Origin: Rhynchobatus australiae
Lineage: Eukaryota
Direction of reading: 5' to 3'
Length of the DNA stretch: 64,000 nt
Assembly: GCA_034780895.1 (NCBI GenBank)
Contig: JAUZTB010000127.1
Span: 27,467,021-27,531,020 of the forward strand
The notes beneath the pieces are model-generated. The model made no database searches. It was not told the DNA's origin and saw only the letters and a list, made by a program, of their open reading frames with translations. Made by a program: the position numbers and the translations under genes. Below, in pieces: positions 11,856-26,029 of this stretch. Every line of letters starts with the position of its first letter. Position 1 is the first letter of the stretch.

Positions 11856-14800
11856 CAAATTTCTTACAAGTTGGAAAGTTTTTGAAAGGGTTAAAAGCAA
11901 TTGGTCACAAGGCTGGCTCAAAAATGGATCGGCAGGTATGCTTGAGCATTGCATTTCACTCTGGTTTACATTCCTGGAGTGTAACTCATCGTAACCGGGT
12001 GGTTCCACTGTACTGACTTGTAGCTTGTGACAAGGCGCCATTGAGCAGGGCCATTTAGAAGAACAATTAGCATTTTCAAAGGTAGAGTTGGCCTGCTAAC
12101 ATTATGTGCCCAGTTTAAAATGACATGCATGACAAAATTCAATAGAATGGGCTGATGAGATGAAAAATTAAGCCTTCCAGAAAGCTACATTTTTAATGGA
12201 GGTACTGTTTGTTGGGCTAAGGTCAGGACTCTAAGACAGCTGGCTGATGTAATTGGAAAACAGGGGGCATGGGGGCAGAGGGTAAACCAGGATGGGGTAA
12301 GAAGGACAGAGCTGCTTCAGAAAGATTACATCAAATGTCTCAAAGAGCCTTCTTCGTCTGAACTTTCTTTGTGATTGTGAAAGGTTATTGGTTGGAGGGG
12401 CTGACAACATTATCCAAGACAACAGGATTGCCAATGTCCACTGAAATCTTTGCTGTAATGCCAAAAATGGTGCAAATGCCTCTCTCCTTAGATAATTTGG
12501 CTGAATTCTGCATCGCTTCTTCATTGACGATGCATTTTTCACATCGCTTTTGTTTAATGTGCGCGTGTATTCAGTTTTCAGACTCACTGGGATGCAAAGC
12601 ATATTTCTGTTCAGTTTCTGACTTTACTGTAGTAGTGTTACTGTTCCTTTTAAAGTTTTTAAAAGTATCTATTCTCAAGGGTTTCTGTCGGGAAATAGTT
12701 GGTAATTCAGTTATCATTCAGAATGTAAAACTCAATGGCCAAAATAAACACGGAAATATTTATGCTTGCAATTCCCATAAAGTGGAGAATAGGATTATGC
12801 TCCTTCGTTCTCAGCCCCTACCCCAGTTTATTGTTGGCCCTCCACAGCCTCTACCTGCCAACCTTGGGGGAGCTTGATTTGCAAGATTGCACAGTAATCT
12901 GCCTGGACTGCATGGCTGCAGAAGTTGTGCAATGAAAGGAAGGTCTGTGCTCTGCAGAAAGTGCCTGGAGACGCTGGTGGAGGTGACCAATGGTCAACTG
13001 AAAGCAAATTACCTGCAGGCAACAGAGGGGTGGGTGATCAGAGTGGCCATTATATCGAACCGTCCAAACTTGCAGCTGTCTTTTTTTATCTGACAGGTTG
13101 TCGTCTTAAAGACTGAAATGGCAACCTGTCTCTGCGTGACAGCTCTACAAGATTTGAAGTGGGGTAAGCTGCTGTGTGAAGGTGACATCATTGGAATTCA
13201 CCGCCAGTGTTGTGCATTAGTATTCCAAACAACAGGCAGCTGAAGGACAGCATCAAATCAATATAATTTTGCTATCCGTCCGACAGAACAGCACAAATTC
13301 ATTTCCAAACTGGGAAGAGATTAATCAGACCTGCTGCAAACAATAAAGTTGAGAGTCAAAACTAAAACATCCAGGGTTAGACTTTGTATATATAAAATAC
13401 ACTTCATAAGCACAAGATTACAGATGCCGTGTTTATATGTTGTTTCCATGTTTATGGCATTGACAGGCTATGTTTAAAAAGTACCAGATGACCCAGGGAC
13501 CAAGGGGCAAAGGAGCTGCATTCTCTTATTCTCCAGACTATAATTAAGTGACTGCACCTAATCATTTTCCACACAATCGGTGAGAACATCTGCTAAAGGC
13601 AAATCTCAGTTGGACACTTACAATATTAAATGTCACAAAATGCAGCAATTACTAATATCAAGGGAGAGCTTCTCACAACATTTCAAGAAAGCAGCAAAGA
13701 TGGCGAACAAAAGTAGGGGAGTAAATTGGATTTTGGTTGGTCAGAAAACTGAAGTGGGAACAAATGGTTTAAATCTAGGGATGAAACAAGACAGATTAGA
13801 ACACTAAAGCATCAAGTAAACTGCTTCAATAATCCACAATCCGATTGTTTGGAAATCCCGATGGTGAGCCAGATGCTGATTGCCATGCTCTCCCTTACAC
13901 ACCCAGGCTCCAGTTTCCACAGTTCCTTGAAACTCACCTGGTTCCCTTCCCAGTGCTCCCTTTAAACATGGGGTTCACTGAAAAAAAATTATTATTCTAC
14001 TGTGTAACATGTAATACAAAAGTGAACTAAAAGTGTGTTGGTGTATTATTAGGATAACATCCCATAGTCTGGAAAATCTGCTCTTCCAGCACCTTTGAAT
14101 TCCCAAGTGTGCCTGATTTGCAGAGTTATTCTCAACTACCTTAACACTCACAACTGTTTTAAAGTGAATTCCCTGGTCTGTTTTGAAATGTTGGCAAACT
14201 AATCAACGATGCAAGCCTTCACAGCCAAGCCTGACCCTGTCCTCACCTCACAGTCTTAGGCTCGGGTGGTGATCAGGATTGGTAAGTGTGACCAATTTTA
14301 GCTCCTCCCTGTTTCAGGAAGATAGTTTCACCAAAGTGCTAACTCAGCACAAGTCTGGCTGGACATTTCCTCATCCCTGGTATCAGTTCCACATTCACTG
14401 AGTTGTTCGCTTGCTGACTGAGCAACTTACATCTTTTAAGTGCAGAGTGAAAAGCCCAAAGGGCAGAAACTCTTTCTAAGTTTGATTGAGTTTGCACAAA
14501 AAAAACATTTTTGGTAATGCAAAATGTTCTCTTGGCTTCCTGTGCTTTGCTACGTTGTTTAAAGAATGGGCCAAAGAATGGGCCACATGACCACAAGCAA
14601 GTGCATAAACAAATGCAAGTATTCCAATTTGCCATCTTTCTACTTGCTCTCTTTTCCAATGTCTTTGTGAATAATGCAGCCATTCCCTGCTTGGAAGCAA
14701 GACTCAATTATAAAGCCCAGTGAGGACAATGTGGCTAATTTAACATTAATATTTATCACAAAATACATTTTCCTTAATTATCACACAATGGAACTGCTAC

Positions 14801-15227
14801 ACTTGAGACAATGGGTCGGCTTTATCATTTGCCGTTAACTTGACTTAACATGGTTAAATATGGGCAAACTGAGGTTCAAGCTCTACTCTACAACTAGGAA
14901 GCAAAGACTGTTTACACCAGTCTGTTTCTTTGCATCGCACTGTAGGCTTGTAAGGGAGTCTTTAAGCTCCTTTGCATGCACTGAACAAATCAGGTCAATA
15001 GAAAGCAGTCACTTTGATTAAAAAAACCTTACTCTTTATAAAGGGGAAATCCATAATAGTAATGATGTCATGTTAGTCAGCTTTTTGATGTTCCTGCTGC
15101 TATTCTTATCGCCTGAGGCTTAACTGTGTTTATGCAGTCAGAGCAACTCCATTATATAGGTCTGAATGGAACATACTGTGAACCAATGTACTGAGGCTTC
15201 TGATTTAGAATAAAATCAGTGGAAATG

Positions 15228-15420
15228 TGAAAGAAAGACTTGCACTTCTCTAACATCTTGACCTACAACACTTTAACCAGTAAATTACTGTTTGAAGTGC
15301 AGTTACTCTTGTATGAAACGCAACAGCCAGTTTGTACATAGCAAGCTCCCAACACAACTTAATAAAGACCAAATAACCGGTCTGTGACAATTCCATTGTG
15401 TGCATAATACAAACAGAAAT
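15228..15420 (-). mobile_element. Deu-type SINE 3' fragment
   Basis: gaaagaaagacttgcac...tttgaagtgcagttactcttgta...cagccagtttgtacatagcaagctccc is the reverse complement of the tail of the element at 30770-31395. Confidence 0.6.
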
Positions 15421-15444
15421 TGTTGGTAACATTTGGCAAGTCAA

Positions 15445-15535
15445 GGAGGACTGATGCTGCCTAATCTGCTGAGTGTTTTCAGCATCTTCTGGTTTTATTT
15501 CAGATTTCTAGTACCTGTGGTTTGTTTTGATTTCT
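15445..15535. mobile_element. Half of a Penelope-end palindromic element
   Basis: gatgctgcctaatctgctgagtgttttcagcatcttctggttttatttcagatttctagtacctgtgg. Similar pieces at about 42740-42790 and 62605-62740. Confidence 0.6.
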
Positions 15536-17020
15536 ACTGTGTACATTATTTTATTGCTGTCAATTCTGGATTATTTATTTCCTCCAGAAATGAAGTTGGC
15601 TGCCAAGAAATCTTTCAAAATTATAACATACCCTTTTTTTGGATAATAAGTATTTCACTGTCAGGGATGCTATCTTTTGGAAGAAAAGTTAAACAAAGAC
15701 TTCATCTTCCCTATATCAAGGAAGAAGCACTATTTTAAAGAAGAGTAGTGTGAAGTTTTTCCTAGTGTCTTAGCCATGTTTGTCCGTACAAACATCACTT
15801 AAAATGAGGATGAACTGGTCTTGTATCTTGTTGGTATCTGTCAGAAATTGCATGCAAATTGGCTGCTTCATTTCCCACATCAGATCTGCGATTATACTAA
15901 AGTATTTCAATAGCTCTAAAGCACTTTGGGACTTCCCAAGATTATGAAAGATGCTATCTGTCACCCTTTCTCTTTTTTTCTTTCTTAACCAAAATTATAC
16001 TGCTCTCTCCTTGACACTGTACATGTGGAGAAATAGAAATTATACCCAAATCTCTGTTCGCTTTTTTCCAAGATTTAAATTTAATGTTAAGATGTCTGGT
16101 TAATGGTTGGTAAGCTGGGGAATAAACCCAACTTGTAAATAAGACCTCAAAAGTATCCAGGTACCTCTCTATGCCTTCCACATATGCTTGATCCTCTTAA
16201 ATTTTCTTGACTTGTGTGTTTCCCAAATAACAAGGACTTAGAGCAGCAAAAAAAGTCATGCTGTTTCTTTGAGTGTCAAGCAGAAACTATGTGCAAAACC
16301 CACATAGTGCACTTCAGAGGAGACAGCTGTGCACAACATAAGGTTGAAATAAATGATGCCTTGAGAAAGTAAAAAGGGCATATTTTATTGGATTACAACA
16401 TTGTCTGCCTACTTTTGAGTTTAAATACTAATGAAAATTACAGCAATTCCTTGATTTATGAAAGGGATGCACTTCTGGAAAAGCTTCATTACTCTAAATT
16501 TTGTAAATCTAAAGGACTGGTCAAAATGTCTTTTGGGTATTTTGGTACCATGCATTCCTTTGCCGAGAGAATGATACGTCACAGTGAAAAATGCACTTGT
16601 AAATTGCAGGCACTTACACCAAAGACTTAAAGGCGTTATAACAAAAATTTCTAAATTGAATGTTTATTTGTTGAGGGTTGTCTGTAACGATGTTATGGAA
16701 ATATTATCCATGCCATAGAAAAAGGTTGAGACAGTACTTCAATAAAAAAATCAAGAAGAAATTGTACATTAATTGACAGAGCCATTAAGAAGGCTGCTCA
16801 CCACAACAACCCCCACACGCCACCCCCTCCACTGATTCACATATCATATCAATGGGTTCATGGTAGTCTAGTGACCATATGATGGACCTTGAGGATGGCA
16901 GAAATGGAGAGGAGAGGAGAGGGACCCAAGGGCAACATTTCCTGAACTGTTAGCATGGCTGTTATTCTTTGGAAGTGTAAAGAGGAAATCTATGTATCTG
17001 CAAGTTCTGCATTTGTCATG

Positions 17021-17120
17021 NNNNNNNNNNNNNNNNNNNNNNNNNNNNNNNNNNNNNNNNNNNNNNNNNNNNNNNNNNNNNNNNNNNNNNNNNNNNNNNN
17101 NNNNNNNNNNNNNNNNNNNN
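17021..17120. other. Assembly gap (100 N). Other gaps: 34555-34654, 35426-35435, 35871-35927, 37511-37530, 43139-43238, 52366-52398, 53594-53821
   Basis: Runs of N. Confidence 0.99.
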
Positions 17121-18264
17121 TGGGAAGATAATGTGGTTGCATGAGGTCAGAATGCAAAGTTATGCCAGCACAGTGTTCACAACTGTTTATTAGACACCAC
17201 CCATACCAAACAATAGCAACTCAAAAATACTAACAAACATTGCAATGTTGTGGATTCAGAGACAATCACTCAGTCTGCAATTTTGAAAATGACTTGCATT
17301 TATATGGCACCTTTCACAACTTCCTTGTGTTGCATACTGCTATACAACCAAATGAGCAAATAATCGTAACGAGATGACTTTACACCTCAAACTCAGTAAA
17401 CATTTACAAAATTCTAATAAATTTGTAGAGAATTATACTTACAGAGTACAGGACAACTCACTAGACTGTGAACAGGAGCAGGAACAGGAACAGGAACACA
17501 GGCTGATTTCCTTTAGTCCCCCTTTTTCACCTACCCCTCACTAATTGCAACAACTGTACCTTAGCCCCAGCAAACACACTTCGGATGCCTCATTCCTCTC
17601 ACGGAGAGTTCCCCCTCAGCAGTCAGGGAACCTTTTAATTGCAAAGAAAATCCCATTACAAAACTGTGTGATGAGCTGTTAGAATCCACATGACCAGGTT
17701 GCAAACAAAAAGCAAAATCAAAAGCAATCATCTTTGGTGCTGATGCTGAAAAAGAGAGGTTGGAGAACCTGAGAACACAAACTACATATAACTGAAAGTT
17801 TTTGCATATCCACCTTTGAACATTAACATCTCATTTCAAGGTGCAGACCTTGCCCAAAGGCGCACTTAAGAAAATTTATGTAATTGAACATGTATTACAG
17901 GTACAAGGCTAAAAATCTAAGCCAAAATCCCTTTGTCAGTGGATGTCACAAAATGTCCTTTGACTTAACTGATCTGTGACGATGGTCACGAGCTCCTCCA
18001 CCTGTTCTGTTCCTAGCTCTTTCTATCTCTTTCCATCAATTATCAAATCTTTAAACATTGACGTGATCTCTGCCCATATCACTAACTCTGCAAGGATTTT
18101 CTACAAGCCTTTTGTATTTAAAGTTTCTCCTGTCTGGGTTGAAGCAGACATTTATGCATATCTTTAAATGCAATCACTGGAAACAAAAGGCTTTTACTCA
18201 TTTCTTACATTTTATCTCTTCATTATTTTAAGCATCCTTCTCAAATCACCTGTGACTGCTTTTA

Positions 18265-18850
18265 ATTCCTTCTTGAGATGTGGAATTTGCTCACAAGCCT
18301 AGTATTTATGCTCCTTCTGAGCTGCCCTTGAAAAGGTTGTTGTATGTCACGTTCTCAAGTCCCTGAAGTTCTTGTGGTGAAAGTACTCCAACAGTGTTGT
18401 TGTTGGGTAGGGAGATGCAGAATTTTGATCCGGCAATGAAGAAGAGGCTGTGACATATTTCCAAGTCAGGATGGTGTGTGATTGACTTGAAATGTGAAGT
18501 GGTGACACTCTCAAGCATTCCCTTTTTCTTTAAGTGGTTGAGGTTGTTGATTTTGGAGGTGCAGACAAACACACAGCAAGTTACTATATTTCATCTTCTA
18601 GGCTGTATAAACTATGGTAACAATACACTCATGGTGTTGGGTATAAATGTTTTAAATTGGTGGGTAGTGGACAGAGAAAGATGTTCTGTCCCTTGTTGGT
18701 GTTGTGGTTCTTGAGCTGCACCCAGTTAGCTAAGTAAAGACTATTCATCCCATTCCTGACCAGCATCTTGTGGGTTGTGGAGAATTTGGAGTAACAGGAG
18801 GCTTACCCCAAGAATAGATGTGGAGGAAAAGCTTCCTCTTGCTAACACTC
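18265..18850 (-). mobile_element. CR1/L2-group LINE 3' end
   Basis: gggtagggagatgcagaattttgatccggcaatgaagaagaggctgtgacatatttccaagtcaggatgg is complementary to 20487-20545 and 36450-36520. Confidence 0.7.
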
Positions 18851-18929
18851 AGTTTCATAAATCCAATTTGGGAGTTCATGAGAAATGTCTTAATGGACAG
18901 TGTGTGGACTCTCTCACACACAGAATATA

Positions 18930-20560
18930 ACATCATTAGTGATGCTGGAATCTAGTAACATGAGTACAAGAGATAAGGCTAAACATTTTGCAGCCATCCC
19001 CTGCCATAAGTGTCAAGTTGATCAGCCACCTTGGCTTCCTCCTGATCATAAGAAGCCAGGATTCGGTCAACCAGGTTCACTTCATATGATAGCTAGAAAT
19101 GAATGTGCGCACTGAATATAACAAAGGCAATGGACCTCGACAACATCTTGGCTGTTGTGCTAAAGCCCTGTGCTCCAGAGCAAAATGCGTTTCTAGCCAA
19201 GCTGTTGCAGTGCAGCTGCACACTGGCACCCGCCTGAAAAAGTGAAAAATATTCCTGATTTGTCCTGCCAACAAAAAGCAAAACAAATCCAAACCAGCCA
19301 ATCAACACCAGCCTTCAGTTGTCTCTCAGTCAGAGAGAACATATCATTGACAGTAGGTATGCATTAATAATCTGTTCTCCTATGGCCAATTGGGTTCCAC
19401 TAGAATCACTGGTATTGCTGTTGGTATTGGTTTATTATTGTCACTTGTACTGAGGTATAGTGAAGAGCTTGTCTTACAAACCGATTATACAAGTCAATTC
19501 ATCACGCAGTGCAGTTACATTGAGTCAGTACAGAGTGCACTGATGTAGTACAGGTAAAAACAATAACAGTAAAGTGTCACAGCTACAGAGAAAGTGCAGT
19601 GCAATAAGGTGCAAGGTCACAATGAAATAGATTGTGAGGTCAGAGACCTCATTATAGTCTTGGTCCAAACATGAATAAGAGTAAAATTCCTGTGGTGAAT
19701 TGAAAGGTACCACATTTATTTTTGAGCAAGTGAGACATCAAGAATCTCTGGTATAATTGAGGCAATGTGAATCCAATAAAGTCCAGTCATACCTAGTACT
19801 AGGGAAGATGGTTAAGGTGGTTTGAGGCCAATCACCTCAGCTCCGTATATCAAGAGTTCCCTTGGACATCTTTGGTTACCTAGGCTCACCATCTTTAGTT
19901 TTTTATCAATGGTCTTCCTTCCGTTATAAGTCTACTGATTACTGCAGACTTGTGCCACACAAATGACGATAAGCATCTTCGACAAATGGTATGACAACCT
20001 CCCCATGTCATTCAATGGCCCCACCTTTGTCAAATCAACTACAATGAACATCGAGGAGGTCACCATTGACCAGAAACTTAACCGTACAAGCCATATAAAT
20101 ACAGGGGCTAGAGAAGCAGGTCGGAGGTTATACGTTCTAGGGTGAGTGACTTACCTCCTGACTCACCAAACACTTTCCATCATTCACCAGGCACAAGTAA
20201 GGAGCATGATGGAACATTCTCCACTTGCCTGGATGAGTGCAAAGTCAGCAATATTAAAGAACTAGACACCATCTAGGACAAAGCTGCCTGAGCCATTGAC
20301 ATCTTATCTATGGTAGTAGACATTCAATCCCCTCCAAAACTGGTACAACCATCTACAAAACCCACTGCCACAACTTAAAAGTCCTCAGTAGCACTTCTCA
20401 AACCCACAACCTTCATCATTAGGGGACAAGTACGCTATGTCAACAGAAACACCAGCAACTCCTTTCTCCTTTCAAGTCAAAACCTGTCCTGACTTGGAAA
20501 TATATCCCTGTTCTTTCATCATTGCTGGCTTAAAATCCTGGAACTTTACTATCACAAGGC
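18930..20560 (+). mobile_element. CR1/L2-group LINE, degenerate RT region to 3' end
   Basis: Broken translation KAMDLDNILAVVLKPCAPEQNAFLAKLLQCS...CPANKKQNKSKPAN, then EVTIDQKLNRTSHINT...AGRRL. Multiple stops. Confidence 0.8.
19412..19645 (-). mobile_element. Rex1/Babar-like LINE 3' tail nested in the LINE above
   Basis: ggtattggtttattattgtcacttgtactgaggtatagtgaagagcttgtcttacaaacc...gtgcaataaggtgcaaggtcac interrupts the host RT region. Confidence 0.65.
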
Positions 20561-23500
20561 AGGTAATGCCATTCTCTCAGTCGTTGCAATGTTGCTCTAA
20601 CACTGAAAGTTTCTGATTAATATTGTCTACTTCTGTATATTTAGGCCATGCTTGAACTATATTATGCCATTGCTTCTAAACTTACAATAAACACATCATT
20701 GGATGAGGCAAGTTTTTAATTAAAAGTAGAATGAACATAAATGTGCAAATTTCTATATAATGCTATTCATTATTAAATAATATTCCAAGGATTGGCATAA
20801 ATTCTTCTGTGGTCTTGCATTCATCTTTATACACAAAATATCCTACAATGTGCTGATACTGAATATCTAGCAACCAGGCAAGTGTTGCCACCATTAAATT
20901 ACAGCTTCCGAACAACCTTGAAAGCAAGGACATGTGGTTGTTTATGAGGACAGTTAGTTCAGTGGAAAACTAAGAGAGATTGCAGTTTGAAATATGTCCA
21001 CAGTCACTTTCATAACAATTACTTATGGCAGTCACCACCTTTGCTTTGAAACTTAAAAAGGAATCAAATACAATTGGGTTCTGTTTCCCAATGCCTTGCA
21101 ATAACTGACCCAAGGTGAGTCTTTGTCAGAAATTTTCATTTTCATTTTGACGAGAATACCAACATTCAAACCCAACACTTCAATAAGGAACAGAATGTAT
21201 TGGAGGAGCGAGTGCAGACTTGTTACTCAATTGTGCCATATCTGAATGTGCGTCATAAATCTGAGTTATGGATATTTGTAATACTTGAAAGAATGACTGG
21301 TTACCTTTCTAGCATACTAACCTCGGCTGGGTTTCATTCTAGAACAACTCTAAGGCACAGTGATTCTCCTCATTAAAAATAGGCTAATTTTAATTGGGCT
21401 ACATGTTTGCTCTGAAAGCCTTTTACGACATCTCAAAATACTTTACAGCCAAGGGAGTGGAGTCACTACTGTCATGGAGAAAATGTCACAACCAATTTGA
21501 GGCTTGTTTTCTAAACAAGTACAACTGCTTGCATTGCTCTCAATGAACACCTGAAAGGGGCATTTGACTGAAATGCAAGGCTCCAAATACTGCAGGCACT
21601 CAAGCCCTTAAATACACCTCCCTGTCAATTTCTTCCATGATTACCACCTCTATTGTCATCTGTTTCTCTCCACTATTTTTTTACTCACTTTAAATATGAT
21701 GAACATGGAACCACACTTGTTGCATGATTGCTTTTTGTATTCCTGGCAGCTTAATTTTAATGGGGGGGGGGGGGAAAGAGTCAGTTTACTTGCGATTTGT
21801 TTGGCAGAGGGCTTTGCAGCACTCTGCCTAATGACTATGGAAGATATGTGTTCTGCCTTCAAACAATGCTCAAGTGGAGCCTTCTGCTTGAGTGAACAGT
21901 GCCAGTCATAATACAGACTAATATGATTGAAAATAAAGCCAGAAACCAATTTTGGGTGTTACTTTACTGTTGTCACCAAAACACATCATCAGGGTACCCA
22001 AATTTCTCACACAAAAAAATCCCTACCTTGTTAAAGGCTTGGAAATATGTGCAAAATTGGATAAAGCAATGTTAGGGTGCTTTACATCCACACAATTTCT
22101 AAGCCAAATTGTCATTCAACAAGCAGCCCGATTGGACTTATTACATTATAATCATGTATTACATCATGCTGTGTCTGCATTAAAATTTTTACTATTACTT
22201 TAATCAATTTCAGCGACACAACACCAACTACATCTAGTTCTTGACATTGCAGCAAATGGCCAGCATCTGCAAAAAGCCAGATGTGAACACCCATTAAGTT
22301 GGACTCACTAGTAGACTGTCTCTTGTGTACGTGTCATTTTGCTCCTGGTGAGTTCTCCTCTTATATAAAGAAATACACAGATAAATCTGGTTGAAACGTG
22401 TCTGATTTAATTGGAATTCCAACAGCACCCTCTTCATCCTTCACTTCCGTGCCCTGCCCTTACTCGCTCTGCTTCACACTCATGATTAATCAGCTACAGA
22501 GCTGTAAATATTGTAATTGCCTTGCCTGAAACTCTGGTGCCTTGTGCGCTGGAGATCAGACACCAGCCAACGAGGTACTTACTGACTCTGGAATCACATC
22601 TGTTATAGTTTGGGAAAAGGACCCGAGCCTGCGGGGTTTTTCCAAAAATTAAACTGTGCATGGGGGATTTGACTCCTTACACTTCCCCAGCGTCAAACCT
22701 TACAATGGAATGCAGGTTTTAAATCATTCAGAGGCCTACTTCCCAATAATTTCCTTCTCCTTCCTTAAGATTCTTCCTAAAACCCTGCCTTCTGACTATT
22801 GCATGTGGTAAAAGTTCCTAATGTAGCTCAGCAACAAATTTTGTTTACCATTCCTGTGGATGATTTTACTACAATAAAGCTGCTAAATAAATGCAATAAA
22901 TCTTTATTGATGAAACATTCCTGATTGCCGTTTCATCAATGGGCAGGCTTAAATAAAAAGGAGCCACTGCCAGTCAAACAGAGCACCCTTACCTTCCATT
23001 TTATTCTTCCCTTCTGCCAATATAAAATAGTTTTTATATCAACGTTCTGCAGGGTGCACATGGGCATTCCTTTTCTTAAATGCCTTATTGTTAGACATAT
23101 TTTAAGTAAGTAGAAAACCACGTTGATGCAAAATTTGTGCAAAGGAAAAACAGAAAATGTTTCTGCCGTGAACTGCACCATTTGACCCTGGCAGTATACT
23201 GTACTGACTCCACATCCATTCAGAAACAGCAAAGCTCTCCAGTAAGATAACCACCATTGTACTTTGTTCCAAATGGGTGAAGTATCCATGAGCCCGTGAT
23301 TGCTAATGAGAGCTCAATGGTTCTCTTTGCAACAGTCCAACTCAGTTGTGACTGTAAGCAAGACAGCTGTTGACGTGGATCAATGTTTGGAATGCCTCTG
23401 TACACAGCAGGCTGATAGGACTGCAACCAGGAAAGCAAGAGCTAAAAAGAAGCACAATTAAAAAAGAGATATTAACCAGCCTAACATCTTCAAATTTGTG

Positions 23501-24432
23501 TCAAGAGGTATAGGAAAAACAAATACATCTTCCTGCAAAGGGGGAATAAATGAAACTGATTCTCAAGACAGACAATTTGGCTCATTTTCATGCCTGGGGT
23601 TCCCACAGGAAACAAGAAGAATGATACGTCTGGCATCTGGAATGGAAACAGATTCTGGAAGAAAAAACCTTTCAAAGCTTCATGGCTTTCACATTGCTTC
23701 CTGAGCCTTGTGTCATTAGCTGAGTTTTTTTCAAGCCCCATATCTTCCCTCAAGCCTTAATTCAATATCTGTGCCTTTCCTTAAACACTAATCAATTTTG
23801 ATGATGCAAGTCCCAAAACATTCACAACCCTAAATAAAATTTCAGCATCACCATAAAAACCAAGCTCAAGGACACAAGGAAAATTCAGATTCATTCTAAA
23901 CCACTCCAAATATCCATCAGCTAATCTCGGCATCACAGGGCTCATTAGGAGTACATCTCATCCATTATTGTTACTGTATTAACACTTATGCTGAATTCAT
24001 GCAGTACAGTGGAACTAAATGAATATATTCTAATGCATAAAACATCTGGATACCAACTTGTACAATGTAATAAGGCTGGCAACTGTTTTAATATGTAATT
24101 CTGTTTTCAAAGTTTTGATATAATGATTTACAAAATCCTGCTGGGCATCATTAGGCCTGAAATAAAATACCAATATAATGGTTTCCACTCCAGACCCTTA
24201 TTCCTGCTATTTTAGATTTCATTATGGGAAGACTTAACAAAACCAAGTAAATTTTAAAAATTGCTTTCATCCTTATATTAATCAAAGAAGTTAACATGTG
24301 TTCCATATCTAAGCAGGTCAAATAATTTGCTACATTTATTGTCCAACCTTACAGCTGGTGTAATTTCTGCATCCCAGTCTTTTCCCTCTGGATCAGACCC
24401 ACCCTGGAGATACACCTGGCTTCCATGGGGCC

Positions 24433-24447
24433 AGCCACCTGGTGGCT
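24433..24447. promoter_or_regulatory. CTCF-like core motif within a 15-bp odd palindrome
   Basis: AGCCACC-T-GGTGGCT. The minus strand reads CCACCAGGTGGC, matching CCASYAGRKGGC. Confidence 0.4.
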
Positions 24448-26029
24448 AGGAGGAACATCTGCAAACCACAAAAGAACTAAGTAGCCTGCATTCAAATCTT
24501 GGGCAGCCCTGGGTTTCATCAAATGGATACTCCATTGCTTATCTACTCCCTATTCAACAGGAAATGGATTCAAACACCATTTTTTGTTTGTTTGTTTTCA
24601 CACATGTGTGTGTTTCTTTTGGTGGTTAAGGTGATGAAAATCGAAATATAACAAGTATTCTGCAATATCCTGGCTAACAAGTTACAATGACATACTAATA
24701 AACACTTATAATTATATCATGAGCTGTAATTAAAGAAGCATCTTTAACCTTTATTTTATATTAGCATTTAACCTTTTAACTTTAATGAACAACATATTTT
24801 CCATTTGTCATCCAATTAGCAAACTCTAAACCATACTTTACATGGAACTAGAAAATTGAAGAGAAGCAATGGTATGTCAGAGGAACATCTCAATTAACTG
24901 CGTCTTTAGTGAAGCAACCTGAAGTATGTCAACATTCTGCTGTGTGCTAGAGTGTTCCAAGGAAGTGGCTCATATATGTTGCGTGAACATAGTAAGAACC
25001 TGATCATGACACTATTTGCAATGGTAAATGCTCTGCACCCCCTTACAGTTTAGAAAGGTGTGAAGTAGTTCAGTCGTACATTTAACATTCGTGTGCATAG
25101 GAGGTGAGTGCCTGTGTACATGCATATGGATATTCTGTGAGTTGGTGAAAATTCTGTGTAGCATTCTGATGAATTCCTTTACTTAAGACTTTCAACTGCA
25201 TTTGGCTGGGTAAATTCAGTTCTGATTGTATCACTGGAACTCCAGATGAACAGGCATGTATATTCTATAGATATTAAATATTCCAAATTCTTGCAATGAC
25301 AAAGAGACTGGGATAGCTTTCAGCTAAGAAAATATTATGTATAATCAACAACCTTTGGTTGAAATGGCCACAGTGTCTTCATCACCCGAGGATTTTATAC
25401 ATGTAAAACTGAACAGCTGCAGGAACAGCAGAGTCAATAGGAGGAGTAGAAAAGTTACTGTGCCAAGCTGACTGAAAAGCACAGTTCCAGCTTTTTGCCA
25501 CCATTACTGGTACTGTCAGTTACATCATTGCTCGGGCTGGGAACCTGGGGACATGAAAGGGTGATTATGCTCTTATATATTTATACCACAAACTGCCCCC
25601 TGCTTTTTATTTTAATTAACTCCTTTTAGAAGTTGTGAAAACGTCACCACACTTAGCCACAGCTCTCAATATAACGAAATTCACTTAGAAACTTGATATT
25701 TTAAATCTGTATGGGGAATTGTGCATTGACAAAATAAGGTTGTTTTTAGTGACTTTCACAAATCTAAACTAAAACACTTCATTCTCTCCACTTTTTTCGG
25801 TCAGATTCTGTTGACTGGTATCTGTGACTCATTTGGACTGTTGCGTGGGTACATCCGCCTCCTTTAACCTGCCAGGAAACTTGTGGATCCACAGAAAACT
25901 GTGAGAGTATGCTACCATGAATAATGATGCAGATTTAGTGCTATTTACTGTTGGGACCTGGTGCCAATATCCCAGAATCCCACTGTAAAATCATGGCGCC
26001 CTAAGCATTTAACTACCATATCCTCTGCC

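Noticed and set aside
12231-12877. 168-aa and 123-aa overlapping ORFs
   Set aside because: No recognisable domain or splice structure; the 168-aa ORF starts at GTG; lengths are within chance expectation for 64 kb.
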